From Macrostomum lignano (lineage: Eukaryota), in contig NIVC01000040.1 in assembly GCA_002269645.1 (NCBI GenBank), positions 1,054,001 through 1,118,000 on the forward strand: a stretch of DNA of 64,000 nt. Direction: 5' to 3'. This document shows positions 11,729-22,401 of the stretch, piece by piece; position 1 is the first letter of the stretch, and each line of letters begins with the position of its first letter. The notes under the pieces were generated by a model. It had not been told where the DNA came from, did not search any database, and worked only from the letters and a program-made list of their open reading frames with translations. Both the position numbers and the translations under genes were made by a program.

Positions 11729-14700
11729 AGTCCCCGCCGAGGACTTTAGTCGCTCAGCAGGCCACTGCTGAGACCGCCTCCGCCGCACCTGTACAGAACT
11801 CTGCACCCAAGCGACCTCGAAGGGATCCGTTTTTAACTGGTGAGATTCAAGGCCGTTATTTTGCTTTCTTGCTTGACACCGGCTCCAAGTGCGAAGTCCT
11901 AGGATTCAGCACCTGGCACCGCCTATGTACTGACGACCCGACCCTGCGTGGCCAAATTGAGCCTTGCCTGCAGCGTATCGTGACCTACAATGGTGAACCA
12001 ATTCAAATGGCAGGCCAACTAACTATTAAAGTGAAGATTGGTAATTTCGAGCCAACAGTTAAGTTTCTGCTAGCGAAAGGATCGCACGACAACATCCTGG
12101 GCTTCGAGTTCCTAGAGAAGTACAGCACATCACTAGATCTCGCCGCCGGGATGCTGTTTTTCAAGGACGGCACTGCCGCGCCGCTTCGCTACACGCGAAC
12201 TGAGGCCACCACGTGCAGAATCTACACAGCCGAGAGCACTACTGTGCCACCGCTATCATCAGCCCGAATTAAGATTAAGCTAGCTAAGGGACGAGAAGAA
12301 AACCAGGGTACACCCGCTGTGATCGAGCCGTTAAAACCGGCTCGGCGCGAAGAAGATGTGCAGCATCTGGACGCTGCGCCTGCACTAATATCTATGGCTA
12401 ACGGAGAAGGCGCTATCGAGATGATTAATCGAGGAACAACATCGATCAAAGTACGGGCGAATGCCCTAGTTGGGATTGCTAGACCAATCAGACTGCCCGA
12501 GCTACAGTTCTTCCCGCTGCTGAAGCCAGAAGACTCTGTCAATCAAATTCAAAATGAAGATCCTGACGCTTGGATCAAGGAGATCGACATCAGCGAAGAC
12601 CTGTCCAGTGATCAGCGTGCTCAAGTCATCGAGCTATTGAAGAAGTACAAGACCATCTTCTCTCAAGGGCCACACGACCTCGGCCGAACTCATCTGGTCA
12701 CCCACAGTATTGTGCTAAAGGACACTAATCCGGTGCATCTCCCGACGCGAAGGATCCCGCCGCATCTGCTGCCCAAAGTGGATCAGCTACTCGACGATCT
12801 ACTTGCCAAAGGCGTGATTCGACCGAGCTTCTCCAGCTACAACACCCCGCTGGTGATCATCCCGAAGAAGGACGGCAGCCTGCGAATTGTGCAAGATTTT
12901 CGGAGTCTGAATCAAAAGTGCGAGTACTTTCCGTACCCGATACCGAACATCCAAGAAGCATTCGCCAGTCTCGAAGGAAGCCAGCTATTTAGTACATTCG
13001 ATTTGAATAGCGGCTACTATCAGATTCCTCTGCGTCCGGAGGATCAAGACCTGACTGCCTTCGCCACGCTGCACCGCGGACAGTTCGCCTACAATGTTAT
13101 GCCTATGGGATTAAGTTCAGCTCCAGCCAGCTTCATGCGCCTCATGAACGCTGTGCTCAACGGGATCGCCTACAAAAGTGCAATAGCCTATCTGGATGAC
13201 GTAATTGTCTATTCTAAGAAATTCAATGACCATCTGCAGCAGATGGAGGAAGTATTCAAGCGAGTCCAAGAAGCCAACTTAAAGTTCAAAGGCAAGAAGT
13301 GCCATCTATTTCGGGCAAGCCTCAACTACCTGGGACACGTGGTAACCAAAGATGGGATCAAAACTGACCCGGCGAAAATCGAAGCTATTCAAACCTGGCC
13401 AAGGCCAAGAACAGCCCGACAACTCAAGAGTTTTGTCTGCACGTGTGCCTATTATGCTAAATTCGTACCTGGCTATGCAGAACTTGCTGCTCCGCTCCAC
13501 GATCTAATCAAGGAGAAGAAGATCCGAAATTTCAATTGTCTATGGGGAAAAGCCCAGCAAGACGCGTTCGATCAGCTCAAAGCAGCCATGACTTCGACAT
13601 CAGTGCTCGCGTATCCGCAGTTCAGCGAGGATCCGGAAGTAATGTTTATCCTGGACACGGATGCTTCTGCGACCAGAATCGGAGCCTGCCTGAGCCAACG
13701 CCAAGCTGACGGAGTTGAGCGCCCAATCGGCTATTTCTCCCGGCGACTCAAACCGGCCGAAGCCCGGTATCCGATCACTAAACAAGAACTATTGGCAGTT
13801 GTAGACGGAATGCGACACTTCCGATTCTACCTGCTGGCCAAAAAGTTCATCTGCCGAACCGATCATGCCGCATTAACCTGGATCCTAAGGCGAACTCAAC
13901 AAGAAGGAATATTCGGACGATGGCTACAGCGCCTCAGTGAATTCGAGTTCGAGATCCAGCATCGAAAGTCAAGTCAGCATCAGAACGCCGACGGTCTCTC
14001 AAGACGGCCTGAGGACGACGCTGAATGTTTGGAGGAGGCTCAGCGAGAGGCCGCCGTCGAGGACCAAAGTAAGCAGCCAGCCGCGATAACTGGCGCAGCG
14101 GCGCCGAAGGTCCACGACAGCAGCCACCCTAGTCCTCCACCGAGCAAGAAGCGACCGACCCGCCGTCACCGACGAAAGCCGCCGACGAAATCAACTGAGT
14201 CCAACGGCGAGACTACGCCGCCCGCAACACCGACAGCCGACAGCAAGCCGCTGACAGAGCTGCATCCGCCGGCGACGAAGTCGAGGCCATCTGCCAGTCG
14301 TTATCGGGACTCACAGAGGTCGCCCACCAGCTTTAGCAGCACGACATGTTGCCCGTCAAGGAGCCGCCGGCTACTAGCTGAAGGCGACGAGGATAGCGAC
14401 CACAGTGCAGCCAGCAACGACAGCTGCCAATCCGTTCGCCGTCCTGTGTTCAAGAAAGTGAGATTCAGCCTCGATACCGACAGCTCTGCTGACTCACCCT
14501 CATCTGCTGACGAATCCAATTCCGACAAAAGCGACGCCGAAATGTCCGACGAGGATCGGCCTTCAAATTCTGCATCGACCCGGCAACCGGCCAGAGTAGC
14601 GATCGTGCGGAGGGAGCTCCAGACCCCGAATCATGCCGCCACAGCCGAAGCCGCGCCGACTAATTCGACTAACAGACGCCAAACATTGAACTTAACTGAT

Positions 14701-16251
14701 CACAATACGAGACCAGTCACACGTGAGGAGCTCCAGACCCATCAGCGTGCTGACTCCGCCATCGCGATGATGATCAACCTAATTGAAAGTCGACAACCGA
14801 AGCCGCCGCTGAATCAGCGATTAAATCTGACAAGAGATGAGAGAAATCTACTAGCGTTCTATGAGCAACTGGAAGTCCGAGACGACGGACTATTAGTCAT
14901 TCATCTCAACGATGATGGCGAGGAGGATAATGCGAGGATCGTCCTGCCGAAGAGTCTCGACGCAGCCGTGTTTGCCGACCTGCATGGTTCACCCTACTGC
15001 GGACACATGGGCCGAGATCTCACCATCGCGAAAGTGCGCGAAAGATTCTGGCGACCGGCCCTGGCCAAGGCCGTGTCCGACTATGTCGCTTCCTGCCAGA
15101 CCTGCACTCAGAGCAAAGGACGGCGACGCATCCCAGCGCATGTACAATCGTTTCCGGTCTGCGAAATCTATGGGCGATGCGCAATCGACATCATGGGCCC
15201 CACTGGAGACCCGACAGACCGAGGCAATAAGTACATCCTGACCTACGTCGACACTACGTCGAAATATCCATTCGCCTTCGCCATGAAGAATCAGCGGGCC
15301 AAGACGATCATAACTCTGCTGCAGGAACAAGTCTTCCCGATCACCGGAATCCCCGCGTGGATCCATTCGGACCAAGGCAAACAGTTCACAGGGCACGAGT
15401 TTCGACATTTCTGCGAAGTCTATGGCATCCGGCAGACAACGACGCCGCCATACTCGCCCTGGGCCAACGGTCAAGCTGAATCGTGCAACAAAAACATCAA
15501 AAAGGTGCTCACTTGCCTCCTTGAAGATCATCAACAGTGGGACAAGATGCTGCCAGCCGCTCTGACAGCTCTGAGATCAGCCGTCAATCGTACGACGGGA
15601 TTCTCGCCGCATTACGTCATCTACGGAGTGCCCTACCGGTATCCGATCGATAACACCCTAGACCGCCTGGACGTATCGCCGGACCTCCCCGAGTACATCG
15701 CAAAGCATCAGCGTAGACTGGCCGAGACCGAAAGGATTGTGCGACAGCGCTTGCGAGCTGAGATCCAACGCCGCGAAGAGTACTACGAGAACCGACCCAA
15801 GCCCGTGGAACTGCAGCCCGGAGACCTGGTTTGCCTGGCCAACCCGAAGCTCGAGTTGGGCGAGCTGCCGAAGTTTCACCGGCCGTACAAAAGCATGTAC
15901 AAGGTCAACAGAAAGGTCGGCGAAGTAGCCTACTGGATCCAGCCTGCAATAGCCCGACGTGGACGTCCAGCAGAAATACTCGTGCATCGCAATAACATCA
16001 TCAAGGTGCCGCAGATGATGGCAGATCGACCGCAGGAGCCGCCGCACCAAACTGAGCGGCCAATGCTGCCCTTCGAGTCGAGTGACGAAAGCGAAGTCGA
16101 CCCAGCCGATCAGCCCGCTCCAGAACAGCCAGCCGCAGCTCAGCCTGACCTGCGCGGCAGCCAATTGTTCGAGCCGAGCCTCCGCCATCCGGAAGTGCTG
16201 CCTGAAGGCGACCCGGATCTGCCTGACATCGGCATGGAGCTCGAGATCTAA
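11665..16251 (+). CDS. pol: Pol polyprotein (protease, RT, RNase H, integrase), -1 frame relative to gag
   Basis: Protease LLDTGS; RT FDLNSGYYQI, MPMGLSSAP, YLDD; RNase H DTDAS..TKQELLAVV..TDH; integrase HGSPYCGH..CQTC, IDIMGP, SDQGKQF, NGQAES. No internal stops. Confidence 0.97.
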   Translation, partial: GKRDGWTRHRGQRHPAAAPALKSPPRTLVAQQATAETASAAPVQNSAPKRPRRDPFLTGEIQGRYFAFLLDTGSKCEVLGFSTWHRLCTDDPTLRGQIEPCLQRIVTYNGEPIQMAGQLTIKVKIGNFEPTVKFLLAKGSHDNILGFEFLEKYSTSLDLAAGMLFFKDGTAAPLRYTRTEATTCRIYTAESTTVPPLSSARIKIKLAKGREENQGTPAVIEPLKPARREEDVQHLDAAPALISMANGEGAIEMINRGTTSIKVRANALVGIARPIRLPELQFFPLLKPEDSVNQIQNEDPDAWIKEIDISEDLSSDQRAQVIELLKKYKTIFSQGPHDLGRTHLVTHSIVLKDTNPVHLPTRRIPPHLLPKVDQLLDDLLAKGVIRPSFSSYNTPLVIIPKKDGSLRIVQDFRSLNQKCEYFPYPIPNIQEAFASLEGSQLFSTFDLNSGYYQIPLRPEDQDLTAFATLHRGQFAYNVMPMGLSSAPASFMRLMNAVLNGIAYKSAIAYLDDVIVYSKKFNDHLQQMEEVFKRVQEANLKFKGKKCHLFRASLNYLGHVVTKDGIKTDPAKIEAIQTWPRPRTARQLKSFVCTCAYYAKFVPGYAELAAPLHDLIKEKKIRNFNCLWGKAQQDAFDQLKAAMTSTSVLAYPQFSEDPEVMFILDTDASATRIGACLSQRQADGVERPIGYFSRRLKPAEARYPITKQELLAVVDGMRHFRFYLLAKKFICRTDHAALTWILRRTQQEGIFGRWLQRLSEFEFEIQHRKSSQHQNADGLSRRPEDDAECLEEAQREAAVEDQSKQPAAITGAAAPKVHDSSHPSPPPSKKRPTRRHRRKPPTKSTESNGETTPPATPTADSKPLTELHPPATKSRPSASRYRDSQRSPTSFSSTTCCPSRSRRLLAEGDEDSDHSAASNDSCQSVRRPVFKKVRFSLDTDSSADSPSSADESNSDKSDAEMSDEDRPSNSASTRQPARVAIVRRELQTPNHAATAEAAPTNSTNRRQTLNLTDHNTRPVTREELQTHQRADSAIAMMINLIESRQPKPPLNQRLNLTRDERNLLAFYEQLEVRDDGLLVIHLNDDGEEDNARIVLPKSLDAAVFADLHGSPYCGHMGRDLTIAKVRERFWRPALAKAVSDYVASCQTCTQSKGRRRIPAHVQSFPVCEIYGRCAIDIMGPTGDPTDRGNKYILTYVDTTSKYPFAFAMKNQRAKTIITLLQEQVFPITGIPAWIHSDQGKQFTGHEFRHFCEVYGIRQTTTPPYSPWANGQAESCNKNIKKVLTCLLEDHQQWDKMLPAALTALRSAVNRTTGFSPHYVIYGVPYRYPIDNTLDRLDVSPDLPEYIAKHQRRLAETERIVRQRLRAEIQRREEYYENRPKPVELQPGDLVCLANPKLELGELPKFHRPYKSMYKVNRKVGEVAYWIQPAIARRGRPAEILVHRNNIIKVPQMMADRPQEPPHQTERPMLPFESSDESEVDPADQPAPEQPAAAQPDLRGSQLFEPSLRHPEVLPEGDPDLPDIGMELEI

Positions 16252-16431
16252 CAGGTATTTACCTATGAATTTGTTATTGCGCCAAGTTGCTAACTTTTGA
16301 TGCGCATTACTAATAGTAGTTGTATCTGCGAACGCGTTCCAATTCTAATTTTGCTGTAAGCTTTCTCTGCACCTGTTTTGTGCTGGAAGCCGATTTTAGT
16401 TTTCCATTTAAGTTGCCGTTTTGTCATTTCT

Positions 16432-16972
16432 CCTTATGCTTTCCGGATAAAAGCAGGCGTCAAACTTCAAACTCAATGTACTTTTCCTTATGCTTGAGGG
16501 ATAAAAGCAACAATTTTCCAATTTGCTGTTCAAACTCTGTACTTTTCCTTATGCTTGAGGGATAAAAGCAACAATTTTCCAATTTGCTGTTCAAACTCTG
16601 TACTTTTCCTTATGCTTGAGGGATAAAAGCAATAATTCTCCCCTTTTTGCTGTACTTTAATTTTCCTTATGCTTTCTGGCTAAAAGCAGTGTATATATTT
16701 GAGCAGTTTCCGTGCTCATGTATAGTCTGCAATGTTGCTATTTACCCAACGCGATTCATTAATCAGCACCTCTGCGCTTCGTATTTATCCTTAAGCTTTC
16801 TGGCAAAAGCCCGCACCAATGCGACCATTTTATTCAACGCATTCAATATTTAATCAATGCGATACAGTATTTGTGTCTCATCTGATTTTGCGAATTCCCG
16901 TTATTGTAAACTTCTTTGCACACGATCAAAGTGCAGAAGTACCCCCTCTTTCCTTATGCTTTCGGAAAAGCA
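16432..16972 (+). repeat. Seven copies of a CCTTATGCTT-loop-AAGCA hairpin motif, including a 61-bp tandem repeat (~16477-16640)
   Basis: Copies start at 16432, 16486, 16547, 16608, 16665, 16789 and 16952. Each keeps a (T)GCTT(T)/(A)AAGC(A) stem while the loop varies. Confidence 0.85.
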
Positions 16973-17746
16973 AATTAATTATTGTACACCTTCTAGTTCG
17001 ATTAAAACGGAAGGTCCCCTCCCCCTTTTTCTCTACTATTCTGTGAGCCCGCTGTCTTAGGGCCAATTCGTCTGTGCCCCGTTCAGGTCAAGCGCCCCGG
17101 ATCCAGGCCTTGTCCTCAGCGGAGGGTTTTTTTGAGGTGACTCCCCCCCCCCCTGTTCTTTGTTTGTTTTGCTCGAGCCTGGGAACCTTGTGAGGGCCGC
17201 TAATTTTGGCTCCCCCTCTCCCAGTGCCAGTTGGTGCCCCTGTTTCATTGCAACTCCTTACGAAGCCTCTGCATGCCATATCGGAAGCTAACCTACTTTA
17301 TTATAACATTATTATTAGTACGGAGCCCGCCTTTGCTCCTTTACTAATTTTATTTCAACTGTTGTTTGTGTGCTAACCAGCCTTTTCTTAACCGCCCCAT
17401 TTGATGTGAGCCGTTCAAGGCGCCCCAATTCATTCTAAGTTAGACCCCCTGCTGCGGTTAGCTATCTGTTTTATTACTCCGCGATTAGTCACCCACCCCA
17501 CCTCCGTGCCCACCATAGAGTGCATGCGGGGCGGTGACTGGTGCCCTGTTCCAATGCGTGATTTTCCCCCTCATTCATCGCTTGGGCAGCCGCTCGCGTA
17601 TTTAAGGCAGCCAAGTGCCCCCCCACTGTCGTTAATTTTCAAATTTTTCTCCGTGCGCTTAGCAAAGTCCAATTCGCCTCCTATATATATTTTAGTTGTT
17701 TTCCATTGCTGCCTTAATTGCTTATCGTTGGTCGAGCTGCTACGTA

Positions 17747-18355
17747 ATGTCCGGCAACCCGACGTCTGACGGCGCTACCGGCCGGACACCGGACCTCGAT
17801 GCCACCCTCGCTAGAGCCCCATGGTTCCGGCCCGAAGAAGTGCCAACCCTGCGCGCCCTGACTTCCACCGCCGAAGGCGAGGCGCCGGCCCGAATTCGGT
17901 TTCAACAGGCGTTCGACGCGGCCGTGGACCAGGCTGTGCGCAAAGGCCGAGTTAGAATTGACGCGCAATGGCGGACCATGTGCGGCCTGATGCAGCCGTC
18001 TGCCGCCCAGGAGTTACTGAGCAGCTACCTGGCCAGCGCGGAGGAGAGCCTCCGCCAAGGGCAGAGCCGCCGACCAGCCCTAGCTTTATTATTGACTCTC
18101 GCCTACATGGAGGCCGGCCTCCTCAAGAATGGTTGGGACCTCCGCCTAAAGGCGTACTGGGACGCCACCATGGAGTGGTATCCCGAGAGACTACGGCTCG
18201 TCGACGGCCAGCTGCGCGTCTACGGCTGGCCCCCAGCTCCGAATCCGGCCCCGCTAACTCATGCGCCCAGGACCAACCGCCAGGGCGATACTGGCGCCGC
18301 CAACCGAGGCGGCCACCATTCGGCTGGCAGAGGATGCCACCACGGCAGCGGCTGA
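17747..18355 (+). CDS. Third ORF of the retrotransposon, 202-aa protein of unknown function
   Basis: A GC-rich, coding-like ORF (MSGNPTSDG...HHGSG) between pol and the 3' LTR. It is preceded by TATATATA (17682) and TTTTAG (17695). No signal peptide. Confidence 0.65.
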   Translation: MSGNPTSDGATGRTPDLDATLARAPWFRPEEVPTLRALTSTAEGEAPARIRFQQAFDAAVDQAVRKGRVRIDAQWRTMCGLMQPSAAQELLSSYLASAEESLRQGQSRRPALALLLTLAYMEAGLLKNGWDLRLKAYWDATMEWYPERLRLVDGQLRVYGWPPAPNPAPLTHAPRTNRQGDTGAANRGGHHSAGRGCHHGSG

Positions 18356-18394
18356 CTGCCTATTTTCTTCTGTTGCGTAGGGCCGCCCCGCGCA

Positions 18395-19427
18395 TGTGGC
18401 AGGCGGGATGCCACAGTGGTTGTTTGGACTCAGTTTTTAATAATTTTAAGTGCTATCAAAACTTTAATTTACTGACCCAACCACTGTCTTTTCACCCCAT
18501 TTTTGTCCATCGTCTGCCCAGCTCCCTTTCCCTTCCGTGGCCTGGTCGCGTCCCTTCGCTGTTTTTTTGTCGTCCCTTTGTTGAAATTTTGTTATCCGCC
18601 CGGTGTCCCAATGTTTTTGAGCCGGTCCATCCCGTGAATTTCTGTTTGCCCAGCGTTTGCTTCCAGTACTTGTCAGCCCCTTTTCGGGTATTTAATCTGC
18701 TAATTGTGGTGCCCAGTTTTCTCTTCGTCTTTCTTCTGCTTCTTTCTTTTTGTTTCCCCTTCGTCTCCCTCGTTTTAGTAAGCTTTGATTCATTAAACTA
18801 GTGGTAATTTTTATTGAATTAATTTAGCGCCCCGGCGCCGCAAGAGCGAATTCATCTCGAGTGTCTAAATAATAATAATATTAACTTTATTCAGTTCTCG
18901 CCTGCTATTATCTTAACTAAGTTGCCATAATAAACCGACATCCTTAAATTAGCTTTAATTTCATTCATTGAGCCATAGCTTCTCTTGAATCATTTGCCCG
19001 TGGGGCGTAAAATAACCAAAGTTCTCATCTCAAAGAAAGCTCTGAGACTTATCCGTTCCGTAATACGTAAATTACGGTGGTGGCAGCAACTACCCTACTG
19101 AAAGTAACCAGTTCAACACATCGGCGCATTAATTTACGGAGCCAGAAATCTCCGGCTTTTCTTCATCGCTTTGAACGACCCGAGCCGCTAAACGACCGCT
19201 CTGCTACGATTACGACTACCCTCCCCCCGGACTTGAGAACCCGGCAGCCGGAGTAAAAGGAGAAAGATTTTCCTGTTGAGATTCGTCTGCGCGATTTTTC
19301 CGGTTTTATTCGTGCGAACTCAACATTCGGCGGAAATTCAAACGAGGAATCCGCTCCAGCTCACTTGGTGTCAGCAAATTTTCAAAACCGACCAATTTCC
19401 AAGAAAATCTCCTCCACCCCCACCTCA
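18395..19427 (+). repeat. 3' LTR (1033 bp)
   Basis: Near-identical to 9231-10262 and followed by TSD TAAG. Confidence 0.97.
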
Positions 19428-19660
19428 TAAGCCTCTTCACGGCAATCGATTCCAGAACCAGAATCGGTTCGGATTTCCAAGAAAAAAAGCAGTATACTCG
19501 TAACTATTTAACTTTGTTGAATGTTTAAGTGCCCTAACAGTAACAGCCTCACTTTGCACAATTTTTCACTTTCTTCTTGGCTATTGGCATTCAATAATCA
19601 CAGTTTTAAAGCACTAATATCCCTCTAGTTTAGGAGACAAAAAGTTATACTTTACAAATT

Positions 19661-20453
19661 GGCTCATTCCATATAAGATGGACATTTTTGGAAAATAGAA
19701 AAAAGTCAATATTTTTGCTTGCCATTGCCTTATCAGCCAATTTTTTTACCAAATGTTTTTTATGTGTAATATCTACAATCTAAGAATAAATGAATGATAA
19801 AATGTTAGATTAGTATGCTATCAAGTGGCAAAAAGTCATTTTTGTAAAAATTTGGACATTTTTCTAAGCAAAAGACATCATTAAGTTTGTGTACCTTTTA
19901 AAAACAAATAGAAAGCTTTGGAAGGTTGAAACAAACTATAGATAAAAGTATAGTACTTGCATCATCAGATAAAAGTATTGGTGACCAAATAATCTATTAT
20001 ATTTTTAATATATTGGTACCTTAAAGTTACTGAATTGACAGAAAAAATATGTTACGACCATAATGTTACGACCATAAGGCTGCCTTTTCTTTTGTATCTC
20101 TGTTGCCTTTTTGAGTTTATATATTCTACAAAAAGAGTATGATTACTGAAGATGTTCTTAGTCAAATTTTAAAAAATGTATTGCAAAATGTCAAAAATAA
20201 AAATGTTATAACTATAAGACTTTTACCTTTTAGTTTCTATATGTCAAAAATCCTGTTTTTACGACCATAAGTGCCATTCAAGGTTTAATAGCATCTATAC
20301 TAATGATGATATCTACATGAAACTCATATACAAATATTTTTGACAAAATTATCTTTCATTTAAAATATTGGTTTAGTATATTCTATTATTATATTTCATT
20401 TTATAAGTAAAAATAGCCTGTCATGTTACGACCATGCTTATATGGAATGAGCC
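19661..20453. mobile_element. MITE with 17-bp TIR and AATT target duplication (Sola-like)
   Basis: GGCTCATTCCATATAAG / CTTATATGGAATGAGCC, flanked by AATT on both sides (19657-19660, 20454-20457). Internal (G)TTACGACCAT motif occurs four times. AATT is palindromic, so the TSD call is not independent. Confidence 0.75.
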
Positions 20454-21772
20454 AATTGGTTCTGGTTTTAGAGCCAGAACAAGCAATATGAAGAGCCTCA
20501 ATGTATCAAATCACACTCCCGAAATGATTAGGCCTACTAGGCGCCAGGGCCTATCTTGTGTAGCTAGTGACTACTGGCGCTAGCCTAGGCACTAGGCTTA
20601 GGCTTAATATGTTTGTTTACATCTAAGTTATGTCATTACAATTGCAATATTACCAAAAGTAGGCCTATTGCTTTTTCCTTTTCATTTAATTCAAGCATAT
20701 CTAGCTTGTACAATTATTTTTATGTATAAGTAAGAATAGGCTTATGAATTTCTATAAGAATGTGTAAATATGCAATAGGCCTATATGTATTAGTGATGGA
20801 CCAAATATAAATTTTTGCAAGTTTCATAATAGCAGTTGTTATTTGTCTGGTAACACAAGCTAACACAAGTATCTATTTGTTTTGTGATGAATAGTCTAGA
20901 TTTTTAAGACCTTTTGTTGTATACTGTGTAGTAGTGCTTTGATATGTCAGGGGTAATTAAACTAAGTTGAAAATCCTACAAATGACACCAAGTTGTTCCA
21001 GGGGATTCTTCTGCCTATTCAAAATCCCATCACTATTACCAATTTGTTGTAGGCCTATTAAAGTTTTATGCTTTATCCTAACTACTGTTGACACCAAGTT
21101 GTACTAGGGGAGGGGGACCTTTATTGTTCTATAAATTCCACAAAATTAGCTATTAAATTCCTCAAGAACTATTAAAATACAGTGTCACAAAGTTGAGATT
21201 ATGGGCTTTCATATAAGCAAGGATTGTCCTAGTAGCGTGCAGTGCCCAAGCAGCGAGATACTGTTTAGCTAGTGGGGGGGGGGTGACTTGTGACTAAGTC
21301 CTCAAGTAGTGCCCTCCAATGGATCGAGTTTGCCTAGTGAATTTCAATTTCCTCTTATGGATTTGCTCATGTTATATACAACTTCCCATTGGCAGTTTGG
21401 TTCAAATGGTTTTATTGGGATATTTCTCTGTCATCAATTGGCTAAATTATGCCTCTGCTCTTTGCAAGTAGGCTATTGGCTGTTAGACTGTTTCTCTTGT
21501 ACTCTTGGTAATTTTTACTTTTTGTCCAATAAGCATTCACTCTCAGCTTTTAGCAAATAAGGAAAGGCTTTGAAAGATTCTTTAAATTTTGCTAGGCAAA
21601 TGGCCTACAAACTAAGGATCAATAGAAGAAAACTTGGTTGCCTTTCTAGGCACAAAACTTGCTTCTATTTATATGAAAATTGGGGTGGGGGACAAGGTGC
21701 ATTTAAACTAAAATTCTCAAAGTTATGCTTCAGAAAATTAGATAAAGAAAAACTTTAGCCTTTTGATGAATT

Positions 21773-22401
21773 GAAAGCTTAATATCAACATTTGAATATG
21801 ATTTCAATTTCTAACAACTTCAACGCGTTTCGCACGCCATGGTGCATTGTCAGGATTTTATTAGAATGATTTGAGAAATTAAGATTGAAGCGATTGATTA
21901 AATATTGGTTTTTGCAACGTACACAGGTAAGGAGGGTAAGATTAAAAACAATTGATTACAACTTGGCTTTAACAACATACATAGGTATAGTAGGTAGGAG
22001 AGAGAATTATAGATTGAGAATGAAAGTTAAACCAAATGTACACAATTCTTGTCCAGTGGTCAAAAGGCAGAATCAGGGGCGGTAGCTAGCTTAGGTAATT
22101 GAACGTCAAGCTAAGTGTACACAGCGTGCACAACTGTGTCACTCACTATTCAGAAAACGCGTAGAATGTGACCTGCACCACTATGTTGTAATTGGGTGTT
22201 GAGATTTGGGGTCTGAGCTTTTATGTGCAGGGCCTCGAGAATTCTAAGTTTGGTGTCAGTATGGCTTTGGTCAATGATTTTAAAGTGTTCTTCTGGTTTG
22301 CAGTCATTGCAGTTAGTGCATTCAAGGACGTCCTTGAAATGCGAAACGCGTTGAAGTTGTTAGAAATTGAAATCATATTCAAATGTTGATATTAAGCTTT
22401 C
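21773..22401. mobile_element. Inverted-repeat element with perfect 62-bp arms
   Basis: 21773-21834 is the exact reverse complement of 22340-22401. An 18-bp perfect palindrome TTCAAGGACGTCCTTGAA lies at 22321-22338. Confidence 0.75.

Larger units (their letters stand above)
9231..19427 (+). mobile_element. Full-length Ty3/Gypsy LTR retrotransposon, recent insertion
   Basis: TG...CA LTRs at 9231-10262 and 18395-19427, 4-bp TSD TAAG (9227-9230, 19428-19431), uninterrupted gag and pol, domain order PR-RT-RNaseH-IN. Confidence 0.97.

Noticed and set aside
17747-18355. ORF3 as an envelope gene
   Set aside because: Too short, with no signal peptide, furin/fusion-peptide pattern or C-terminal TM anchor.
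17968-18801. 277-aa ORF running into the 3' LTR, and the 135-aa LTR ORF at 9230-9637
   Set aside because: It overlaps ORF3 in another frame, and the LTR part is T-rich and low-complexity. Not supported as a protein.
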